DNA of 64,000 nt from Eledone cirrhosa (taxonomy: Eukaryota). A program made the position numbers and the translations under genes. How positions within the stretch are numbered: the stretch's first letter is position 1; each line of letters opens with the position of its first letter. The stretch is from positions 26,598,001 to 26,662,000 of the forward strand of contig OZ024741.1 in NCBI GenBank assembly GCA_964016885.1, written 5' to 3'. Positions 14,804-27,479 of the stretch are shown here, piece by piece. The notes beneath the pieces are model-generated. The model had not been told where the DNA came from and did no database searches. It saw nothing but the letters and a program-made list of their open reading frames with translations.

Positions 14804-14864
14804 ACCGTCCTGACGAAGGCCTAACTGGCCTTCATCAGGACGGTCCCTGAAATGTATAGACGGT
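14804..14864 (+). ncRNA. Minimal type I hammerhead ribozyme remnant in a Penelope pLTR-like segment (interrupted by a 17-nt inverted duplication)
   Basis: accgtc-CTGACGA-a-ggcc(taact)ggcc-[ttcatcaggacggtccc]-t-GAAA-tgta-TA-gacggt; helix I accgtc/gacggt can be extended further out. Confidence 0.6.
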
Positions 14865-14909
14865 TGTCCCCCTTGCTTCTGCTGGACATCACCAGAGGGC
14901 GTTTGGAGC

Positions 14910-15270
14910 ATCATCTTTCAGTCGATCGAATCAAAAACCTTCTTCAAATCTATGAATACAATTACTGCCTCCTTCTTGTGATTATGTATCTCCTCAACAA
15001 TCCTTCTTAGCGCCAAGGTGTATGAGGCAGTAGAGTGAAAAGGCCAAAATCCATTTTGGCTAGAACATAAAACCTACCTCGCTCCTGCATACTGTTTTAC
15101 ACATGTGACACATACGAGGCTCTTGGACAGTCCTGAACATAACTTCCTCCTTATGCACTCTCATCTGCTGCTTGACAGCACACAGATGTACAGGCCTTGT
15201 TGCAAAACTAATACCAATACGCTGCAGGTCTTTCAGGGAGGGCACCAACATGATCAGCCCCAGACTGCTG
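14910..15270 (-). mobile_element. RTE RT fragment
   Basis: LALRRIVEEIHNHKKEAVIVFIDLKKVFDSID, preceded by a GF-containing motif. Confidence 0.7.
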
Positions 15271-15493
15271 ACATACATACACACACATACATACATATAT
15301 ACTGATAGTCCACAGTACTGGGACCGGGAAGACGACAAATCAAAAAAGTACTCAATACATGGTATGAGGCAGAGTGGGTATATTAGTGGAAGTAGAGGAT
15401 CTACCGCGAGCTTGGTGGTTTCGGTTAGTTACCTCTCCTGAAGAGGTAACTAGCTGGGCTCGCGCTAGATCCTCTACTTTGACTAATACACAG

Positions 15494-15525
<32 letters not shown>

Positions 15526-15799
15526 GTAGGTGATACAGTAGATTTGTGGTTTACCTAGGAAGGGATCAATATTAGCACTCTATGCTATAGCAGAGTGTAT
15601 ATATTAAGAAGAACAAAATGAGGTTTCACATTGAGGCTTTTATTGATTCGGCTCAGTTATAAACGTTTCTCAGATGGGTGGCTCAGGATCCATAGTAGTG
15701 TTATAAACCCATCTCCAGCCCTAATCTGCTCATCGGACTTGTTAATTAAGCAAAATCAGAATCTCATCTGAGGGCATCCAATCTCAAAAAAAAAAATAT

Positions 15800-16265
15800 A
15801 TATACAAGGTTGGCTGTATGATGCCTGAGTGAGAAGTGCCATGCTGGATGGTAGTGAGACATGGGCAGTGAACGCAGAGGACATGCGGAGGCTAGAGAGA
15901 AATGAAGTAAGCATGCTTTGATGGATGTGCAATGTTAATGTGTGAGAACGACAAAGCATGGATGCACTGAAGGAGAAACTGGGTATAAGAAAAATAAGAA
16001 GTAGTATGCTTGAGAGGAGACTGCATTGGTATGGATATGAGATGCGCATGGATGATGATTGCTGGCTGAAGAAGTGTCAAGTAATCTCAGTGGAAGGAAG
16101 CTGCAGTAGAGAAAGACCAAAGATCTGGATGGAAGTGGTGAGAGCTGATCCCAGATCATTAATTCTCACGGAGAAGATGACAGAGGAACAGGAAAAGTGG
16201 AGAGATGTACTGACAAGGACCCGTCCAATCTGTGCAAGTGTGCAATAATGGACGTAAAATGATGA
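15800..16265 (+). mobile_element. RTE LINE C-terminal fragment
   Basis: GSETWAVNAEDMRRLERNE...ERRLHWYGYEMRM; same family type as 39094-39580 but more decayed. Confidence 0.85.
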
Positions 16266-16363
16266 TATATATTCTTTTACTCTTTTACTTGTTCCAGCCA
16301 TCCAGCTGAGGCCATGCTGGGGCACCGCCCACACACACATACGTATATATATATACACGTATA

Positions 16364-16397
<34 letters not shown>

Positions 16398-16401
16398 CAC
16401 A

Positions 16402-16435
<34 letters not shown>

Positions 16436-17242
16436 CGTATATATATATATACATGTATATATATACGTGTATATATATACACATACAAATATACTTAAGT
16501 GATGTTGGTAGATAATCTACATATATATATAATTAGGAGACGAAGCAAGTCAAATAGAATGGAAATAGCTTCGGCCATTTCCACACTCACTCAATGGACA
16601 ACTAAGTTCAAATTATTAGAATTCGAACCCTGCTGGCCAGAGTGCACACTTTCATTTATTAGTGAGGAAGACGACTTTGTAATTAGGCGTGGGGCTGTTT
16701 CATCAGCGGGAGTTTGCCTCCTTGTTCAGGAAAGACAAAATTGGCGTGTTAGCACTCTCAGTTGCTAGTAGTAAGTGAAGGTAGCAGTAAATTCTTTAGT
16801 GACATGTGACATGACATCAAAGAGGAGGTAAGCCAGGTCTGACCAAGTACAGGGGATGATGTTGGCAAAAAGTTCACATTGAAAAAATATGATTATTGCC
16901 CCTGCACATTCCTGACAATTTCATACAAATGAAATAGTACTAGTCCCGTAGAAGCCTTTTCTATATAAATAAATAAATATATGTGCATATAGATATATAA
17001 GAATAAGGGTATAAGCTGTGAATATGTTCTTCTCATGTGACACAGGGGTGGGAGAGTCTTCTATAGTACTGTGCCACAATTGCATTACACACACATATAA
17101 TCCCCAGACAGGCAAGATATAGGGACAAGAATGGAGAGAGGGAGCACAGGGAAATAACTGTAAAGCCCTTAAAGTGATTCTGATGACTGTTTGAGCTTGA
17201 CTGTTTTGAAGTGGTAGTAGTAGTAGGTGAGAGAGGGGGGAT

Positions 17243-17276
<34 letters not shown>

Positions 17277-17289
17277 TGAGAGAGAGAGA

Positions 17290-17322
<33 letters not shown>

Positions 17323-18174
17323 TGAGAGAGAGACAGATAAGAGAGATATAGATGAGAGAGAGAGAGAGACAGAGACATATGAGAGGGAGAGAGCAAGAGA
17401 GATAAAAAAAAGACAAGTGACCTTTAATGTCCTCTTACATCTACAGCAAGACAGTACAACACAATAGACTGTAATCAACTCTTTTATTTCCACATATTTA
17501 CCAGGTTTGTGTTTTGTTTAGTTTCTTCATATTAAAATGTTACAACACTTATGGCAATAAAAGACACTGGCAGGAAACCTGAACAATACAGTTTCACCAA
17601 GAGAAGCAAGGAAACAGAAAAAGGGGTTACAAAGTACAATAGCCTAAAGATTTGGGTGGGGTGGTGAGGGGGTAGTGTTTATAGGGGCAAGGGCATGAAG
17701 GCTGATAGGGGTCATAGGTATGAAGGTGAAGAAACAAATTAACCCTTTCAGTTACCCTATTTCTAATGAAAGACATTAATTTTCAAAATAATCAATAATT
17801 TGGAGAGATTTAATAATCTAACTTTCTCATTAAACTGATGTTTGGAATATAACTAAACAAAGACTCTTACATAAGATTAAGATAGAACGTCTTTAGATAA
17901 ATATAAACACTTTCAAACAGATGTAGTTTAATGTGGTTTGGTATGAAAACAGTTCATCCTAAGATGGTAAAGTAACTACTAGCTGAATTGTTAGAGTTTC
18001 TAGGCTGAGAGCTAATGATTCAGAGTAGACGCAGGGCCACGTGAAATGCTTAATGTTCGTTATGGGGTCCTTTTTAAGGTAATGTTTTGTGATTAGATGC
18101 TCTTCTTAGTGCTAACCCATTTAGTTACCTTTTATGACAGGCTGGGATATGGTGGAGATATGCTAAACCCAAAA

Positions 18175-18496
18175 CACACAGCTGTGTGTAACTCAGTTAC
18201 GCACAGCTGTGGGTAAACCAGATACACGACACACAGCTGTGTGTAAACCAGATATACTACATACAGCTGTGTGTAAACCAGATATACTACACACAGCTGT
18301 GTGTAAACCAGATACACAACACACAGCTGTGTGTAAACCAGATACACAACACACAGCTGTGTGTAAACCAGATATACTACATACAGCTGTGTGTAAACCA
18401 GATATACTACACACAGCTATGTGTAAACCAGATACACTACACACAGCTATGTGTAAACCAGATACACTACACACAGCTATGTGTAAACCAGATACA
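18175..18496. repeat. 30-bp minisatellite (ACACAGCTGTGTGTAAACCAGATATACTAC), about 10 copies
   Basis: Visible tandem units; the ORF HTAVCKPDIL repeats reflect the 30-bp period. Confidence 0.95.
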
Positions 18497-18912
18497 GGTT
18501 TGTGTGTATTTGGATTGAGAAGATAAAAACTAGAAATGAGAATATTAGTGTAAACATAATTATGTATAGCAACAGTTGCCAGACTCAGTTGTCAAGCAAG
18601 TTGTAATATGAAAGGTCCCAAGTGAGAATAATATATTTATTTCTCATGCATTGGTCAAAGAGGAGATCAATGTTTTATGGCATAGCACCAACCAAGCCAT
18701 TAATAGCAACACATATGGTTGGAGTCAAACTCTTTTTGTTATTTAGTCAAGTTAGTATGAACCATTAACATCTGCTAAATGTGTGGAGAAAAACCTACAT
18801 TTGTTTGGCAGATATATAAAAACATCATTTAAGACTACAATGTAGTTTAGTTTTTCTTTTTAGTTTTTAAATGTTGCAATGGCTCTTTAGATAAAACATC
18901 GATACAGCCATT

Positions 18913-19245
18913 TATTTTGGGGTGTAGACATGGCTATGTGGTTGAGAAGTACAGCTATATATTTTGGGGTGTAGGCATGGCTATGTGGTTGAGAAGTACA
19001 GCTATATATTTTGGTGTGTAGACATGGCTGTATGGTTGAGAAGTACAACTATATATTTTGGGGTGTAGGCATGGCTATGTGGTTAAGAAGTACAGTTATT
19101 TTGGGGTGTAGGCATGGCTATGTGGTTGAGATGTTCACTTTGCAATCATGTAGTTTTGTTTTCTATCTCACCATGTGGCACACTGGGTGAGCGTCTTCTA
19201 CAACAGCCTCAAACTGATCAATGCCTTGTGAGTGAATTTGATGTA
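18913..19245 (+). mobile_element. tRNA-derived SINE with its 5' head tandemly amplified five times (47-bp unit)
   Basis: Units start at 18913, 18960, 19007, 19054 and 19097 (tattttggggtgtaggcatggctatgtggttgagaagtacagcta); the last continues into the SINE body (...gccttgtgagtgaatttg). Confidence 0.7.
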
Positions 19246-19259
19246 AGGATCATATTGTA

Positions 19260-19957
19260 TACTCTCAGGTCCCAAATAATGAAGGGGATGGAATAAATGG
19301 GGGTTTGGGAATAAGCAGGGGAGAATCAGTAATTTTTCTAGGTTCATCATCATCTTGCAAGGGTGGGACGGGAACTGATTCTGGCTTGATTTCTACAGCT
19401 GGATGCCCTTCCTAACACCAACCTCATTTTACAGTGAGTGATGGGTGCTTTTTGGCCGTGGCACCTCCACGACCACTTTGCAGTGGAATGATATGGACAT
19501 CAGTCCCTATCATCTCATTTCTACAGCTGAGTAAACTGGAGCAATATGAAAAAGTGTCTTGCTCAAGGAAACAACACATCACCCAGTCTGAGAATTGAAC
19601 TCACAACCTTTCGATTGCAAGGCCAATGCTCTAACCACTAAGCCATGTGCCTCCATTAGGTTGTTTCTGTTTATTTTAAAAAAAAACAGAATTAGTCATT
19701 TAGTTTACATATTGAGACCCCAACCCATCTTATTTATTTTATAATATATGGTATTTCTAGTAATGTACATTTTTGTTATGTATAGTGTTTTTAATGTCTA
19801 AAGAAAATTGTTGCAGGAATGGTACCACTTAAAATAAAATTTTGCCAGAGATAGATTAACAAAATTTAAATGGATGGGGATGGGGAGAATAAGAGCGGGC
19901 AGGAGAGGGGGTCTGAAAATTAATAAGCTGAGGTGCATTAATCGAGACCCGAGAGTA
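19260..19957. mobile_element. TA-flanked TIR MITE (Tc1/mariner-like) with nested SINE fragments
   Basis: TA|CTCTCAGGTCCCAAAT ... ATCGAGACCCGAGAG|TA; internal block 19675-19730 is the reverse complement of 42159-42215. Confidence 0.65.
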
Positions 19958-20910
19958 CATACATATGCACGTGTGTGTCTTCTCTTTGCATTCGATACCA
20001 CAGGCTGTGATTTTTGTGTATGTACTGCTGCTCAGTAGTTAGATGTATGAAGATCTATACCTTACTTATAAGTGATAGTTGGCATCAGTAAAACTATCCC
20101 TAGCTGTAGAATTCTACCACAAAATGTCTCACCCAACCCATGCCAGCATGGAAAAGTGGACATAAAACTGAGGCTGATAAGGTTTTTATTATCTTGAGGT
20201 AGTTCCTGAAGACTAAGAATATTCCCAGATCAACTTCATCATCGACTTATTTACAACAGATAAAGGAAAAAAAGTACTCTGAGTTAACAGATATAAAGCT
20301 GTGTTGTTAAAGAGTTCACTTTGCAACCACAGGTCTCTAGGTTCAGTCTCACTATAAGACACCATGGGCAATGTCTTTCACTAAAGCCTTGGGTCCACCA
20401 ATACCATAGGAGTGAAATTTGGTAGACAGAAACTGCAGAAGCCCAATGTGTGTGTGTATATATCATGCCCTACTATGTTAAATATGATGTTCACACTCTA
20501 ATGTATTAAGTACCTTATTAACTGTGGTTAATCCTGATAAAACTCAGAATCCACATGAATATGTATATATATCATCATCACCATCATCATCACTGTTTAA
20601 TGCATATTTTTTCCCACATTTGCATGGGTTAGATGGGTTGTCACATTATGAGACAATTCAGGTCAGATGACCACATCTTGTTCATATGGATCTGTATTTT
20701 GGCTTGGTGTCTAGTTGGATGTCCTTTCTAATGCCAGCCATGTTAAAGTGTGGACTGGGTACTTTTTATCATGGTACCAAATCGACCAACTAACAAGGTA
20801 AAAATATAATAATAAATATAAAGTAATGCAAATGCTAGAGGGTTAAACGGATCTCTTTCTTCTGATTTATATATATGTGCGTCTGTGGTCAGGTCTTGTA
20901 ACTTAGTGGC

Positions 20911-21148
20911 TTAACTCTTTCATGACCACATTTCTAATGAAATACACTATTTTAATTAATTAATGAACAATTTCGACAGATTTACTAAAATTATTAATTA
21001 TTTCATTACTAAGATAATAACTTAATATAAGGTTTGTATATAAAATTACATTGGTAGATTTTAATTTAAACTGGAAACCTTTAAAATGGGTGATTTTATT
21101 TCATAGAACTGGAGCTGGTTTTGGCTGGGTTTGTAACTAAAGGATTAA
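20911..21148 (+). mobile_element. piggyBac-like MITE (TTAA-flanked); related copies at about 17740-17955, 21480-21630, 22200-22370 and 25790-25900 (reverse)
   Basis: TTAA-CTCTTT...AAAGGA-TTAA termini; internal ttctaatgaa motif shared among copies and aagctgatgtt among several. Confidence 0.55.
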
Positions 21149-24100
21149 GATAAAGTAAGTACCAAACTTGACAAAATAAATACTTGGGTCAATATGACAG
21201 ACTAAACCAAGGTGGTGCCCTAGTATAGTCACTGTCTAATGACAAACCAGAAAAAGGACTAAAAAGTAGCCAAGAGAAGCACACTGAAACAGCTATAGTA
21301 TGTTTGAACTCACAACACTAGTCAACAACACTGCTTCTATGCTGAGCAAACCAAGAAGGAAAGTTTCTACATGGTCAGTGATGCTATTAGAAACAGCAGC
21401 CAAATCTATACAAGATTACACCCTACCAGCTTAAAAAAATAGGACACATTGAAAATAACCAAGATTTTGAAGGGGTTTAATAATATAACTTATTAAGCTG
21501 ATGTTCAGAATTCAATAAAAATTCTTACATAAAATTAGGATGGAAGGTTTTTACATAAATATAAACCCTTTAAAATAAACAGCTCAGTATCATAGAACCA
21601 GAGACAATTTCATGTGGTTTGGTATCAAATGGCCAAGGTCATGTTTACAAATGACCCTATTTTTATCAATTATCACAAATTGATTTTTAAAAAAAATACT
21701 CCTATTATAAATGGTTTCAAAAATAAATGCCAACCCCCATCCCACAAAAATAACATTTTCCAATTTATTCATTTTAGCATGACTTAGGTTAGTTGACTTG
21801 CAATCTGTTGACTGTCATGTTACTCTTAAAAACACAAAATACAATAGAAATACCAGGAGATTTGCCACATACAGAGAAATACAAATTAATATTATTTCAA
21901 ATCTGACTTCACTGTTGTCTACAATGTCTGTTTACATTGTTTCCTCTAAATGTGTAGAACTGTTGGTTTTAGTTACACATTAGTTAGTGACAAGAAGAAT
22001 ATAGATATATACATATACACCAGAACACTAGAAATATATAACAAACATTCACATAAAGCCATATATTTGTTGAGCCAATGTGGTTGATTGACATGCTGCA
22101 CATAGTAGCAAAATCTCCCTCAAATCACACCCAGCACAATCTCCCTCAAATCCAAGGGGACATTTGATAGCATAGTCAACTTTCCTGAGACACCATAGTT
22201 TAACCCTTTCCTTGTTATAATTCTAATGAAAAACACTGCTGGTGATTTTTGAATAGTTTTGACAAGAATTAAGAATTTAGGGGGATTTAGTAATTAAGCT
22301 GGTATTTGGAACATAATGAATGTTCTTACATAAAATTATGATGGAAAGTTTTAGATAAATATATGTGGTATCAAAAGCGCCAACACTGTTACCATGTAGA
22401 GGTGACCTTAGTGGTTAGGATGGTATAGTTAGTTATAACATGTTATAATAGTGGAACACCATATTTTAACACTGTGTCACCATGTAGAGGTGGTATCAGT
22501 AGTCAAGGTGGTTATAACATAGTAAATGGAGGCTGACAATGTTGACTTGATGGCCATTTTCTGCTAAAAGATAGATTTGCTTACATACACACTACAACAG
22601 TAATTTTAAGATAAAATTTCCTGCTAAGGATTGTGTTAGCCTGAGGAGTCCAGCCCCTTTTAGAGTCAAGGTTTTACAGCCAGATGTCAACCCTTTTAAT
22701 CATCTCTTATTACACAGAGTGATACAAGGTCCCCATTCTATATAAATTACATCCAGAAACTGAATGACCCATATAAAAATGGCCTGTGACAGCCATGACA
22801 GATCCAAATAACTCTACTACTCTCTATTTTTTCTATATTATTTTTTTACTTTACTTTGTTTGTTTTTTTTAACTTGCTATTCCTCATCCAAGTTATAGTT
22901 ATTGTTCCCTGACAAATTATTCTAAGGGAATTGATTTAATGCCAATTTGGCAGGGAAATGGCTTTAAAATGCTTGTTGTTGTTTGTGACACTAAGATGAT
23001 TAAAGTATTACATTATGTATAATGTCTAAAAAGAATAAAGGAGTTATACTGAGAAGGAAGCAATGGGGTTATATTACAGACAATCTTTGAGGAGGGGGAC
23101 ACTAGGGTTATATTGGGTACAGCCTCTGAGAAAGATAGAAGGGCTTACATCTAATGACTTGAAGTCATTGGGCAAATGGACCTTGCTTCCAAGCCATGCA
23201 CATATAAACTTCCCACTCTAATTGTAGACATGTCTGTAGAAGAAAATAAAAATGATAATAAAATAATAATAATATAGACAACATTAATAAAGAATTCATA
23301 CCTGGTAAAACCATATCATGACTGGCTAAAAAGAAATTGAAAGAGAAATGATACTCAAGAGACAGCAAAATAGACAGAAAGATGGACAGAAAGAACAACA
23401 GAGAGAGAGAGGGGGAAGGGACGGGGGAGGGTATCAATTGATATACGGCAGTAAATTTCTTATTCTCTGGAGTCACACAGGCTATGAAAAGAACTTCTAT
23501 GTAGTCGCTTAACATGTTAGAAATAGGAATCAAATCTTCAAATCACACGTGACATATTGGATGATTATAGTCCCCCAGATTCTGAGAAAACAACAACAAC
23601 AAAAAGAAAATGGGGTGGTCACATCTGGAATGGTTTTTTGCTCTTAGGTCTGTTGGATCAAGGCTGAATGTTTTTTTTTTAACCCATGACCATTTCCAGA
23701 GCCTCTGAGTCTGATGGGAAGGGAAAGAAGGAAGAAGGTATCAACAAACTGGTGATATGTTTAGTCAAAGTGTCTTTCTGAGGCCTCCAAAACTAGAGAG
23801 ATGGAAGGAGGGAGGTATCCACAATCTGGAGACCAAGTTTAGTAAAGGAGGGAATGGCAGTGTTCATGACCAATTCTTGGGTCTCCAACATTGAAAGGCG
23901 GGAGGAAGGTGTCAACAAACTGGAGACCTACTCCCAATGCTTGCCTCAGAATAAACTCTGCTTAAAGCACCCCAGGGGCCAAGTGTTTGTAATAAACCAG
24001 GTGGCAGATTAAGTCTTCCACCCAAACATGACAGTATTGCCAAAATGAGTGAATGAGGGAGCCTCTATATGGTCGCTCAACTGGCTAAAAATAGCAGCCT

Positions 24101-24949
24101 AAACCTCACCCAAATAACACCCTATCATCATGAAATAAAAAAAAAAGAAACACATTAATAAATAAATGTAGGTCTTGATACAAAAAGAAGACAGGATGGT
24201 CATGGCCAGAATTTCCTTGACCATAAGTTTGCCCAATCATGAATTAAATGGATCTCTGTTGGTTTCAATGATGAGTATTCAGCTGTTTGATCAACAGAAC
24301 TACTTGTTCATTGAGTTAGCTGAGTATTCCACATATGTGTATCATCATCATCATTTTTATGTCCGTGTTTCCACGCTTGCATGGGTTGGACATGACCTTC
24401 TCAGCAGAGCATCTCTCCACTCTCTGTGTCCTGGGTGTGTATATATATTTATATTATTAGTACAGATTAAAAGTGTAAGCAAAAAATGTATGCTTTCTCC
24501 TTAGGCGTAATCATCTTTGGATTTTGGTCTTTGCATTTATTATTACTATATATATCCGTATGTGGTTGATGGGTGAGAGAAAGAAGTACTCAATACTGAA
24601 GTAGAGTTTTAATATTCACTTTTATTATGGTTAAAATATGAGTTTCACCTAATGACCCTGTGAGATAAACAGGTGAAACTCCTGAGTAACACTTTTTATC
24701 CTTAATATGTATATATATATATACGAAATGTAAATCTGCATTTTTCAAATATTAATAATATTTGTTTCGTTTGCAATTATGCAAACAGCCTTTTTAACTG
24801 TTATATGAAGATGGTCAGCCAAACTGACAACAACTGGCCCTCTTGATAGCCTTTGAGTCAAAAACATTTTTCTCTGTTTCTTTTATATCCGTATAGCTTC
24901 TTGGATTGTGTTTGCCATTATTCCTTTATTATATAACTATTATGCAATG

Positions 24950-25009
24950 AACACCTGATGATGTCACCAGGATCTTACGGAACTTGGCCACTGAAATGTA
25001 CATAGTGTT
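24950..25009 (+). ncRNA. Minimal type I hammerhead ribozyme (Penelope pLTR-type)
   Basis: aacac-CTGATGA-(imperfect helix II gtcaccagg/cttggccac)-GAAA-tgtaca-TA-gtgtt; palindromic helix III ATGTACAT; AATAAA follows at about 25016. Confidence 0.65.
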
Positions 25010-25365
25010 TGCTATAATAAATCTTTGAAGGAATTTCACCAGTTCGGCCTCCTGTCATTTTACACACACACATATATATATGTGTGTGTGTGTTGAGTGA
25101 AAATAGGAGTAAAGTAAATCTACATGCCCCACACTAAATGAGACAGGACAATAGTACCACCCAACAGAGAAATTTCAAACTTCTCACACTTTCACTTCAC
25201 CTCCCTGCTACATGCAGACATCATACCATTACACAGACCCATATCCTCATTAGATCCACAACAAAATGACCATTTCCCATGTCAGCATACACTGCACAAT
25301 GCACTATCTAGACATGTCACAATATACGTAACATATAATGTTTTACTATAGGTTAGCTAATAAAG

Positions 25366-25630
25366 TGGAGGTGCATGGCTTAGTGGCAAGAGTGTTGGAC
25401 TTATGATCATATTGTTATGAGTTCAATTCCTGGGCTGAGTTGCATGTGGTGTTCTTGAACAAAACACTTCATTTCATGTTTCTCCAGTATACTCAGCAAT
25501 AAATGAGTACCAGCGATAACTGGGGGTTTAACCCTGCGATGGACTGAGGTGTTGTCCTCTCAGTCACTTCATGCCACAAAACCAGGACAAGCACCGGCCT
25601 GACAAGCTTCCTGGCTTGATACAGACTTCA
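25366..25630 (+). mobile_element. tRNA-derived SINE (reverse copy at about 19500-19655)
   Basis: A-box-like tggcttagtgg and B-box-like gagttcaattcc, then body gtgttcttgaacaaaacactt...aaatgagtacc; flanked by a direct repeat gttagctaataaag (TSD-like). Confidence 0.75.
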
Positions 25631-26019
25631 GTTAGCTAATAAAGGTAACAAGGGCTTAGACAACAATAATTACACAAAATTTTGAAACTGAAGATTAATA
25701 ATCCAACTCTAACCTCTCCCAAGTGTATCTATTTTCCAGTTCAGGTGTGTAAAAGGTTACGGGCACCGAGTCTCCTCATCACACTAACATTTTGATACCA
25801 AACCATACCTGGTTCTAATGATACAAAAACTGTTTTAAATTGCTTATATCTATTGAGAGACATTCCATCATAAGTTTATGCAAGAACCTTTGTTAAGTAA
25901 AATTTTAATCATTTATTCTTTAATATTTACATGAAACCAAAGAAAAAGAAAAAAAAAATTAAGTAACGAAAGGGAGAGGACGAGGAAGGGACAAACTCTA
26001 CACCCCAATCTCAGCAGTG

Positions 26020-26325
26020 ATTTGGCTGGGCCCCACAGACAAAATGGTGATGACATTGCCACAGAGAATGGGCAACAAACCTGCTGCACGACCACCCCAC
26101 CTCACGGGGCTCCTTCCCCAGGTGAGCTGTGCTGTCTTTCTGATTTGGCAGAGCAGGGACCGAGGACACGAGAGGTCTTGACAGTGACCAGTATGAAAAG
26201 GGAGCAGTCAGTCAAGCGCTGGTATTCGTTTATCTTCGTCTCCTCTGCATTGCAAGTGGCAGTGTCCAGGTAGAACGTAGAGAATGAGTTGCAACATGTT
26301 GCGTCCCAGATTAGGGATTTATTTT
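26020..26325 (-). mobile_element. Second CRE-like REL-domain 3' fragment
   Basis: Translation KSLIWDATCCNSFSTFYLDTATCNAEETKINEYQRLTDCSLFILVTVKTSRVLGP... and ...ILCGNVITILSVG. Confidence 0.7.
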
Positions 26326-27479
26326 TGCACCTGGATACTGAGATCCCTTATTATACTAACCAAGGTCCTCCTTCAATCTAACATCTGAAACAATACACCT
26401 ACATCCTGGAATAGCATCTATCTTAATCCCTAATTGAATCGTATGGTTGAAATGTCTCTTGAAGCAGGGTTGAACTGGGACAAAAAAACAAAAACACAAA
26501 GCCAAAACACAAACAAATAAAGGAGTCTCTATATGGCCATTCTTAAAATATATCCTTACATCCCCACCTTAAAAATAAGCACACATTAATCCAACATACC
26601 TTTACCTACCAAGATAGGATGGGATGATATTGATCATAAGTTTACTCAATCGGGGCTAACCTGGAGCTAAAAACAACATAGCTACATTATCATACCACCA
26701 GAAAGGTTTATTTTTCTGTTGCATGATCCAGCATTTTAAAATGGTACTATCAATTAAATTGTGCAAAACCATTTTGCTGGTTTGAGAGCTGATGAGGGTG
26801 AAGATATGTGTGTAAACTTGTCTTGTACATCACCTTTCTTTATTTCCTTCTTCCAGTCACTTCTGTGCACCAACACACTTCTCCCTGTCCCCCTCCTCTT
26901 TCAATCTTTTCTATATTTCATTTGCTTGTCATCCACCTTGTGGATTGTCTCTCTGTAGACCACTGGCTGCTGGTCTCCGTCTTCTGAGGCATTTTTGCCC
27001 TTCTCTGTCATTGACAGCATTTGGCTGTTTCAATGGCCGTTCTAGTGATGAGTTTTCTCATTTATATGACGATTATCTATTAATTTCTAATCAGGTTTTT
27101 GTAGATGCTGATTATTAATAAACTTGGTTGATCAGATCAGATCATAGGTCCTCTAAATTGAACCAAGGAAACTGTTTTTAATCGCCTTTTGTTGGTCAGA
27201 ACTCCCCAAAGAAATATTCTTTTGTTTCTTCTGGTGACAGGAGATTGAATTTGAACTCAGAAAGTAGAGCTGGAACAGATATGGCTTTCTCTCTTAATAC
27301 TTTAACAATTCCACCATCCTGGATTTACACTCTAAAGTGGTTGATGACAGGAAGGACATCCAACCATAGAAAACTTCTCAAACAAAAGGTAGAAAGGACT
27401 CTTCAGTTGTGCAAAATACAACCCCCCCCCCCCCCCACACACAAATTACGCTCTGTCTCTCCAATTGGAGATTAAAATC

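Noticed and set aside
16640-16720. Minus-strand CTGATGA near a later GAAA
   Set aside because: No consistent helix I/II/III pairing found.
25366-25445. tRNA gene candidate
   Set aside because: A/B boxes are present but there is no cloverleaf, and it continues into a SINE body.
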